Source of the DNA: an uncultured Victivallis sp.
GTDB taxonomy: Bacteria; Verrucomicrobiota; Lentisphaeria; Victivallales; GWF2-50-93
DNA length: 33,855 nt
Assembly (NCBI GenBank): GCA_964506605.1
Contig: CAZDNQ010000001.1
Coordinates: 1 to 33,855, forward strand
Reading direction: 5' to 3'
Below the pieces are notes generated by a model. It made no database searches. It was not told the origin of the DNA and was given only the letters and a program-made list of their open reading frames with translations. Below are positions 26,685 through 32,090 of the stretch, piece after piece (within the stretch, counting starts at the first letter, position 1; each line of letters begins with the position of its first letter). A program made the translations under genes and the position numbers.

Positions 26685-26742
26685 GGAATGACGAATATCG
26701 AATTGCGAAATCAATTTGAAGACAATTGGATTTTGAAGGAGC

Positions 26743-26759
26743 GCCGGCGTCCCGCCGGC
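26743..26759 (+). promoter_or_regulatory. GC-rich hairpin (GCCGGCG-TCC-CGCCGGC) between a GAAGGAG Shine-Dalgarno and the ATG of the first ATPase gene
   Basis: Perfect 7-bp all-G/C stem with a 3-nt loop. GAAGGAG (26735-26741) lies immediately 5' and the ATG (26761) lies 2 nt 3' of the stem. Confidence 0.5.
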
Positions 26760-26760
26760 A

Positions 26761-27552
26761 ATGAATATAATGGGCGGAAACATGGAAAATGATAAAGCGG
26801 CTGAAGTTGCGGAAAACCATCTCTCCACGAACTACGTGGTCCGGGCCACCGGCGTGAAGAAGGTCTACACCATGGGCAGCGAAAAAGTCCATGCCCTGCG
26901 CGGCGTCGATTTCGCGGTGCGCCGAGGCGAATACATTTCCATCATGGGCCCTTCCGGCTCCGGCAAGAGCACTCTTTTCAACATGATTGGCGGATTGGAC
27001 AAGCCGAACGAGGGACAGGTCTACATCGACGAGGTCGACATCGCAGCGCTCAATCCCGTCGAACTCGCCTGGCTCCGCTGCCACAAGGTCGGATACATAT
27101 TCCAGACCTACAATCTCATAACCGTGGCGACCGCCCTGGACAATGTCATGCTGCCGATGACATTCGCCGGAATGCAGCAGGCGGACGCACAGGACAAGGC
27201 CGTCAAGCTCCTGGAAAAGGTCGGACTCGGAGAACGCGTCCTCCACAAGCCTCTCCAGATGTCTGGCGGACAGCAGCAGCGCGTCGCAATCGCCCGCGCG
27301 CTGGCGAACAGCCCGTCCATAGTCCTCGCCGACGAACCGACGGCGAACCTGGACAAGAAGACCGGACTCCAGATCATAAACCTCCTCAAGGAGCTCAACC
27401 AGTCGGAGGGTGTCAGCATAATCACGGCGACGCACGACCACAAGATGCTCGACATATCCGACAGGATAGCGTGGGTGCGCGACGGACGCATAGAGAAGTT
27501 CCAGAAACGCTCGGAACTGGAAATCAAGGAAGGTGAGATGCATGTCCAGTGA
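26761..27552 (+). CDS. ABC transporter ATP-binding protein, MacB/LolD/FtsE-type (copy 1)
   Basis: It has Walker A (GPSGSGKST), a Q-loop (IFQTYNL), the signature MSGGQQQRVAIARAL, Walker B (IVLADEPTANLD) and an H-loop (ATHDH). An alternative start is ATG 26782. Confidence 0.93.
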   Translation: MNIMGGNMENDKAAEVAENHLSTNYVVRATGVKKVYTMGSEKVHALRGVDFAVRRGEYISIMGPSGSGKSTLFNMIGGLDKPNEGQVYIDEVDIAALNPVELAWLRCHKVGYIFQTYNLITVATALDNVMLPMTFAGMQQADAQDKAVKLLEKVGLGERVLHKPLQMSGGQQQRVAIARALANSPSIVLADEPTANLDKKTGLQIINLLKELNQSEGVSIITATHDHKMLDISDRIAWVRDGRIEKFQKRSELEIKEGEMHVQ

Positions 27553-28267
27553 CAATGTCATTTCCATAAAGAAGGTAAAACGCTGCTACCGCATCGGGGG
27601 GGAGACTGTCTGGGCGCTCGACGGGGTGGATCTCGACATACGCCGAGGCGAATACCTTTCCATAATGGGTCCGTCCGGCTCCGGCAAGAGCACCCTTTTC
27701 AACATGATAGGAGGGCTTGACCTCCCGAGCGAAGGGGAAGTCACGATCGACGGCGCTTTCCTTACGAAGATGAACCAGAAGCAGCTGGCATATGTCCGCT
27801 GCAAGAAAATAGGATATATTTTCCAGACGTTCAACCTGATAGAGGTGATGTCCGCGGCAGAGAACGTAATGCTCCCTATAATCTTCAGCGGCGTTTCCGA
27901 CGAGGAGGCGAAGCAGAGGGCTATAGAGATTCTCGACAGGGTCGGACTCTCCGGACGATATGACCACAGGCCTTCGCAGCTTTCCGGCGGACAGCAGCAG
28001 CGCGTCGCAGTCGCCCGTGCACTTGCCAACACCCCGGCGATCCTGCTCGCGGACGAGCCTACCGGAAACCTCGACCTCAAGACAGGAGAGGAACTCATCC
28101 GCACGCTGCAGAAGCTCAAGGATGAACTCGGTGTCACAATCATAACCGCGACCCACGACCACAAAATGCTGGCGGCATCAGACCGGGTCATCTATCTCGA
28201 AGCCGGCAAGATCATCGACATCAAGACAAAGGAGCATCTCTCCTTCTCATTTGGAAAGATTGGATGA
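27542..28267 (+). CDS. ABC transporter ATP-binding protein, MacB/LolD/FtsE-type (copy 2, tandem paralogue)
   Basis: It has Walker A (GPSGSGKST), the signature LSGGQQQRVAVARAL, Walker B (ILLADEPTGNLD) and an H-loop (ATHDH). The ATG at 27542 is preceded by AAGGAAGGTGAG and overlaps the copy-1 stop by 11 nt. The longest ORF begins at GTG 27533. Confidence 0.93.
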   Translation: MSSDNVISIKKVKRCYRIGGETVWALDGVDLDIRRGEYLSIMGPSGSGKSTLFNMIGGLDLPSEGEVTIDGAFLTKMNQKQLAYVRCKKIGYIFQTFNLIEVMSAAENVMLPIIFSGVSDEEAKQRAIEILDRVGLSGRYDHRPSQLSGGQQQRVAVARALANTPAILLADEPTGNLDLKTGEELIRTLQKLKDELGVTIITATHDHKMLAASDRVIYLEAGKIIDIKTKEHLSFSFGKIG

Positions 28268-29759
28268 TGCTCCGTACGGGTTTGAAAAAAAGGGGGATTC
28301 CTTGACATATTTTCTTCTTGCTCTGATAATCATCCTTGCCTCATTGGCTGCGGTCCTTGCATGCTGGAGCCTCAGGAACAGCAGGGCGGCGTCGAAATCT
28401 GCGGCTTTCCTTGCACAGAACCAGCACAAGCTGGCGGAGTTCCGCAAGAGTTCCATACCGGCATCCTCTGCCGGAAACGAAGAAACGGCCATGGAAAAGT
28501 TCATTGAACTGATAGATGGCATCTTCCATCCCGACGCATCTGTCATATACCTCCACAGGAAAGACGGCGGCAAGGAGACCATTGAAATCATGTGCTGCTC
28601 AGGGGTCGTCTCTTCCGTCTTCGTAAGCGGCTGGTCCTCCGAGAGCAGGGAAAAGGTCATGGACAGCCTTGAAAAGTATATCATATTCTCATCCCGTCCG
28701 CATCTGCTGTCTTCCGGGGAGATCTCAGGAAATATCCCTTCCCCGTTCCCTTTCAGCCCTGGAGCCGCGATCGCCTCAGTGGTGAAGGCGGAGAACCATG
28801 CCTACTACATCCTGCTTCTGAAAAAGGATGTCCGGTCGAGTTTTTCGGAAACCGAGTGCGCCTCTCTTGACTTCTGGAGCTCCTGCATGGAAAAGGAGAT
28901 TCTCCGCATATGCGCTGCAAGGGAGAAGGATTCGATGGGCAACGCCCTGCAGAAGGCCCACGAGGAGGGAATGGTCCAGATCTCGTCCGGCATCATACAC
29001 AACATCGGCAACGGACTTACCGTCCTCCAGATGCAGATGAAGTCACTTGAACACCACAGGCAGATAAGGGAGCTGAGCGATTTCCTGCACAAGGAGGCGC
29101 TTCCTGTAATCCAGTCACATGTGAAAGACGGCACCCTGCTCGAATTTTTAAAGGATGATCCCAGCGGAAAAGCATATCTCGAGGTCATAGGTGAATCCCT
29201 GAGGCAGATATCGGCGTTGAGCCTCGAACTTGGGGAGAACCTGGACAAATCCCTGAAGATGTTCTCCGGCATACTGGAGGTCATAAACCTGCAGCACCAG
29301 TTCATAGGCGAGCTGGGGACGGAGAATGTCGTCTCCATCGAGTCAATAATAAGGGATGCCATCCTGATGTCGCAGTCAATCATTGCAGAAAACAAGATTG
29401 CCCTGGTAAAGAAGATAAATTCCAGATCAAACCTGCTTGTCGACGCGGCCCTCTTGAAGCATATAACCGTGCTGAACATCAAATATGCCGTGGACTCCAT
29501 AAACAAGGCCAGCAGGTCTGAGCCGGTGATCTCAATAGGCAGCTCCGAGGAAGTTGAAAACGGCAGGCTGTGGATAATACTGGAGATAAAGGACAACGGA
29601 TATGGAATCGACTTCAATCCACAGGGGGAGGACCAGCGCGCGCGCGACCTCAGGTTCTGTAGCGAACGTATTGCCAAGTACGGAGGCAGATACAACATCG
29701 AATTCAGACAGGGCTACGGTTCAGTGATCACTTTCAGGATGCCGGGATATGTTTCCTGA
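28251..29759 (+). CDS. Membrane-anchored histidine kinase without an extracytoplasmic sensor domain
   Basis: It has a single N-terminal TM (YFLLALIIILASLAAVLACW), a cytoplasmic GAF/PAS-sized region, an H-box (SSGIIHNIGNGLTVL) and HATPase_c motifs (LEIKDNGYGID, GYGSVITF). No in-frame ATG lies near the 5' end, so the start is TTG 28251/28260 (overlapping the ATPase stop) or TTG 28302 (AGGGGGA RBS). Confidence 0.85.
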   Translation: MERLDDAPYGFEKKGDSLTYFLLALIIILASLAAVLACWSLRNSRAASKSAAFLAQNQHKLAEFRKSSIPASSAGNEETAMEKFIELIDGIFHPDASVIYLHRKDGGKETIEIMCCSGVVSSVFVSGWSSESREKVMDSLEKYIIFSSRPHLLSSGEISGNIPSPFPFSPGAAIASVVKAENHAYYILLLKKDVRSSFSETECASLDFWSSCMEKEILRICAAREKDSMGNALQKAHEEGMVQISSGIIHNIGNGLTVLQMQMKSLEHHRQIRELSDFLHKEALPVIQSHVKDGTLLEFLKDDPSGKAYLEVIGESLRQISALSLELGENLDKSLKMFSGILEVINLQHQFIGELGTENVVSIESIIRDAILMSQSIIAENKIALVKKINSRSNLLVDAALLKHITVLNIKYAVDSINKASRSEPVISIGSSEEVENGRLWIILEIKDNGYGIDFNPQGEDQRARDLRFCSERIAKYGGRYNIEFRQGYGSVITFRMPGYVS

Positions 29760-29793
29760 GGGAATTCAGCACATGCATAAACCCTAATTCCGA

Positions 29794-30042
29794 AGTTCAC
29801 GAGTCGCGGCAACTGCAAGGAAACGAGACGAAGCTGTGATAACCACTGCGAGTTGAAGCTGACGCCGCAGTTGCCGATGAATCGTGAACTCCCTTCGGGT
29901 TTTGAAAGAGATGAACTATTTTGTGCAAAACGAATTTTTCCATTTTGAACTCATATTTCAGATTCTCATCTCTTTCAAAATCGGGATTAGGGATAAAAGG
30001 AGAAGGAGCCCCACGGAGGGGGAATCCGCAGAACTCCTTCTT
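29794..30042 (+). other. Highly structured non-coding island containing three long inverted repeats; candidate structured 3' UTR or ncRNA, family not recognised
   Basis: IR1 pairs 29794-29802 with 29882-29890 (9 bp) and 29807-29816 with 29867-29876 (10 bp). IR2 pairs 29898-29914 with 29966-29982 (17 bp including one G-U). IR3 pairs 30001-30008 with 30034-30041 (8 bp), enclosing CCCC-ACGGA-GGGG. A CUUCGG tetraloop-type motif lies at 29893-29898. Confidence 0.45.
29898..29982 (+). repeat. Inverted repeat GGTTTTGAAAGAGATGA / TCATCTCTTTCAAAATC with a 51-nt loop
   Basis: 15 consecutive Watson-Crick pairs (29900-29914 with 29966-29980) extend by a G-U and a G-C pair. The G-U works only if the plus strand is the transcript. 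Confidence 0.7.
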
Positions 30043-30043
30043 T

Positions 30044-30166
30044 ATGGAATGGGAAGAAAAGGTCAATTTCATAAACTACTGTGCGGCAACTCCCGATGAT
30101 TACTTCAGGGACAATGGAATCAACCTTTATCGCTGCCGTAACCTGCCCGAAGTCTCGCACATATAG
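30044..30166 (+). CDS. Candidate 40-aa small ORF (MEWEEKVNFINYCAATPDDYFRDNGINLYRCRNLPEVSHI)
   Basis: The ATG at 30044 immediately follows IR3, whose 5' arm is the SD-like AGAAGGAG and whose 3' arm is CTCCTTCT. There is no homology evidence, so this is speculative. Confidence 0.2.
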   Translation: MEWEEKVNFINYCAATPDDYFRDNGINLYRCRNLPEVSHI

Positions 30167-30168
30167 AG

Positions 30169-30198
30169 TCAGGCGTCGTGGATTCACCTGAGTTTTTA
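30169..30198 (+). terminator. Weak intrinsic terminator candidate for plus-strand transcription (TCAGGCG..CACCTGA followed by GTTTTT)
   Basis: A 5-6 bp stem (30169-30175 with 30185-30191) is followed by a T5 run at 30193-30197. The T-run orientation fits the plus strand only. Confidence 0.3.
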
Positions 30199-30223
30199 AA
30201 GAACATCCCTGATCCTCTCGGCT

Positions 30224-30322
30224 TCAGGAGAAAATCGCCGGTATCGCATAAGCTATCACCACTATCATGACTACGGCGTATGTCAGAACATCCATCGGAG
30301 TAAATCTCAGTTTGTTCTTCAT
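30224..30322 (-). CDS. Unannotated 32-aa hydrophobic small protein (MKNKLRFTPMDVLTYAVVMIVVIAYAIPAIFS)
   Basis: The ATG at 30322 is preceded by GGAGG (30335-30331) with an 8-nt spacer and by a consensus sigma54 promoter about 40 nt further upstream. The product has a basic N-terminus plus one predicted TM helix. It is below the 60-aa cutoff of the ORF track. Confidence 0.55.
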   Translation of the reverse strand: MKNKLRFTPMDVLTYAVVMIVVIAYAIPAIFS

Positions 30323-30363
30323 ATTCACTACCTCCGTACTCTTGATTTTCTGATAGTTTTATT

Positions 30364-30379
30364 AGCAATGACCGTGCCA
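30364..30379 (-). promoter_or_regulatory. Sigma54 (-24/-12) promoter: TGGCACGGTCATTGCT
   Basis: The minus strand from 30379 to 30364 reads TGGCAC-GGTCA-TTGCT. GG and GC are separated by exactly 10 nt and all consensus positions of TGGCAC-N5-TTGC are matched. It lies directly downstream of a sigma54 enhancer-binding-protein gene. Confidence 0.7.
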
Positions 30380-30424
30380 AGTCAATTTTTATATTTGTAA
30401 TACCCTTCACAGTAGCTAGTTATA

Positions 30425-30555
30425 ATTATTTAGTACATGTATTGAAAACATGCCAAAACTTACCATAATTTAGTAGAGAATAGGCAGAAACAGTGGTATC
30501 TATTTTTTTATAAACAGGTTATGACTTACAATAACCGGAGGTACTACTAAATTAT
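30425..30555 (-). promoter_or_regulatory. AT-rich upstream region with three copies of an ATAATTTAGTAG-like motif (candidate enhancer/UAS sites)
   Basis: ATAATTTAGTAG at 30465-30476 and its perfect reverse complement CTACTAAATTAT at 30544-30555 are 12/12 identical. A 10/12 copy (ATTATTTAGTAC) lies at 30425-30436. These sit 45-175 nt upstream of the -24 element. Confidence 0.35.
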
Positions 30556-31970
30556 TGTACCGGTTTCTTGTATCCTTTGGAATACCTATTGCTTATCGAC
30601 TGCTGCGAGATTCCGATCAGCCTTGCCGCCATGCTCTGGTTCCCTTCGGATCGTTTCATGGCCTCGTTGATCAGGGCTTCCGTTAGATCCCTGCTGTCAG
30701 GAAGTTTTTCCATTCCCGCGAATATTTCTGAAATATTCGATTTCACCGCGGCAGGATTCACCGCCAATACTGATCCGCCTATATGCTTTGTAAAACTCTC
30801 CAGGGAGAGCACCTTTGAACTGTGCTTTCCTACAGCATCATACACCATCGACTTGAGCTCCCTCACATTGCCGGGATAATCATAGTTCTTCAGCAGCACC
30901 ACCAGCTCCTGCGGATATGCCGGCTTCGGTTTCCTGAACTCATCTGACGCCTGTGCCAGGAAATGCTCCAGAAGAAGAGGAATATCCTCCTTCCTCTCCC
31001 TGAGAGGGGGGATGTCTATGTGATGGGTGATAAGCCTGTAGTACAGATCGTTCCTGAACTTCCCTTCTTCCACCAGCTTCAGCAGCCCGCAGTTGGTGCT
31101 GGCGACAATCTTTGCGTCGGTGGTCTTCTTCACATCCGAACCAAGAGGCGAATATTCGTGCTCCTGTATCAGGCGAAGAAGCTTCACCTGTGAATCCATG
31201 CTAAGGTCCCCTATCTCATCCAGATAAAGCGTCCCCTCGGCAGCCTCCTCGACCAGCCCGCTGCGTGCGTGGTCGGCACCCGTGTATGCGCCTTTCACAT
31301 GCCCGAACAATGTGTCCGCAAACACATTCGCATCGACACCCGCCACATTTACGGACACCATCTTCCCTTTTCTTCCGCTCAGCGCATGCACCGCATTCGA
31401 GAAAAGCTCCTTGCCAGTGCCGGTCTCCCCGGTGATCAGCATCGGATACGATGAGGGAGCAACCGCCTCGCAGTACCGGAACAGCTTCATCATAGCCGGA
31501 CTGGCAGTGATTATGCCCGAGAAAGCCTCGGGATGCTCAAGCTCAACGGATGACAGCTGCCTTGACAGCATCTCGTTCTCGAGCTTGAGATCCTGCATCT
31601 TGACAGCCCTGTTTATCGTGGCTGTGAACAATGAGACATCAAGCGGTTTCAGGATGAAGTCGAAAGCCCCGCCCTTCATGCATCTTATCGCGGTGGATAT
31701 GTCGCCGGAGCCGGTGACGATGATGACAATTATCTCCGGATGCTCCTTGGTTATGATATCAAGAAGATCCTCCCCCCTTATCCCAGGCAGGTTGAGATCG
31801 AGAATTACAATCTTGGGTGAATATTTCTGTATTGCAGGCAGGACTTCCTCGCCGTGCCCTATCTCCAGGTAGTTTTCATATCCTGAATTCTTAAGGCAGC
31901 GCGCAATCATCTTCCTGACAATCGGCTCGTCGTCGACTATCAATATTGGAAATCTAGGATTGTCCTTCAT
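30552..31970 (-). CDS. Sigma54-dependent response regulator (NtrC family: REC, AAA+ sigma54-interaction domain, Fis-type HTH)
   Basis: The REC domain shows ILIVDDEP...VILDLNLPG. Walker A is GETGTGKELF, the GAFTGA-loop variant is GAYTGA, Walker B is LYLDEIGD and there is an R-finger region. The C-terminal HTH is NQSMAARLIGISQQSISNRY. GGGAGGGGGAAG lies upstream of the ATG. Confidence 0.93.
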   Translation of the reverse strand: MKDNPRFPILIVDDEPIVRKMIARCLKNSGYENYLEIGHGEEVLPAIQKYSPKIVILDLNLPGIRGEDLLDIITKEHPEIIVIIVTGSGDISTAIRCMKGGAFDFILKPLDVSLFTATINRAVKMQDLKLENEMLSRQLSSVELEHPEAFSGIITASPAMMKLFRYCEAVAPSSYPMLITGETGTGKELFSNAVHALSGRKGKMVSVNVAGVDANVFADTLFGHVKGAYTGADHARSGLVEEAAEGTLYLDEIGDLSMDSQVKLLRLIQEHEYSPLGSDVKKTTDAKIVASTNCGLLKLVEEGKFRNDLYYRLITHHIDIPPLRERKEDIPLLLEHFLAQASDEFRKPKPAYPQELVVLLKNYDYPGNVRELKSMVYDAVGKHSSKVLSLESFTKHIGGSVLAVNPAAVKSNISEIFAGMEKLPDSRDLTEALINEAMKRSEGNQSMAARLIGISQQSISNRYSKGYKKPVQ

Positions 31971-32090
31971 CTTCCCCCTCCCACGGCAAAATTGAGCAAT
32001 TGCTTAAAATATCCCTGTCTTGCATTGGTTACCAGTTAGTGGTAGACAAAAATCCGGTGTTGTTGATTCATTCATAATCATAAGATTTTT

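Noticed and set aside
26590-29698. Minus-strand ORFs of 325, 212, 201 and 297 aa antisense to the two ATPase genes and the kinase gene
   Set aside because: The sense frames contain complete Walker A, signature, Walker B and HATPase motifs. The antisense frames have none, so they are shadow ORFs.
29797-30166. 91-aa minus-strand ORF and 81-aa plus-strand (TTG-start) ORF across the structured island
   Set aside because: Both run straight through the three long perfect inverted repeats, which better explain the sequence as RNA structure. Neither has an RBS. Only the internal 40-aa ATG-initiated segment is kept, as a low-confidence candidate.
29794-30198. Identity of the structured island as RNase P RNA, tmRNA, SRP/4.5S RNA, 6S RNA, a tRNA or a known riboswitch
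   Set aside because: I could not find the conserved blocks I know for these RNAs. These are GAGGAAAGUCC and ACAGAA..GGCUUA for RNase P, the GGGG 5' end, tag ORF and CCA 3' end for tmRNA, the SRP domain IV motif, and the B12 box. 6S RNA cannot be excluded by sequence alone. The family is left unassigned.
30120-30206. 28-codon minus-strand ORF (MFFKNSGESTTPDSICARLRAGYGSDKG) just downstream of the 32-aa ORF
   Set aside because: Only a marginal GAGG lies upstream. The peptide is polar and featureless. It overlaps the plus-strand terminator candidate and the 3' end of the 40-aa candidate. There is no supporting signal.
30120-30410. 96-aa minus-strand ORF (GTG start) covering the small-ORF region
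   Set aside because: The consensus sigma54 promoter (30364-30379) and the GGAGG RBS lie inside it, so a transcript from that promoter cannot encode its N-terminus. The composition is acidic and Ser-rich without features. The 32-codon ORF in another frame has the proper RBS.
32021-32034. TGGTAACCAATGCA on the minus strand upstream of the NtrC-type gene as a sigma54 promoter
   Set aside because: GG and GC are separated by 8 nt instead of 10, and the -24 element is TGGTAA. The spacing is incompatible with sigma54 recognition.
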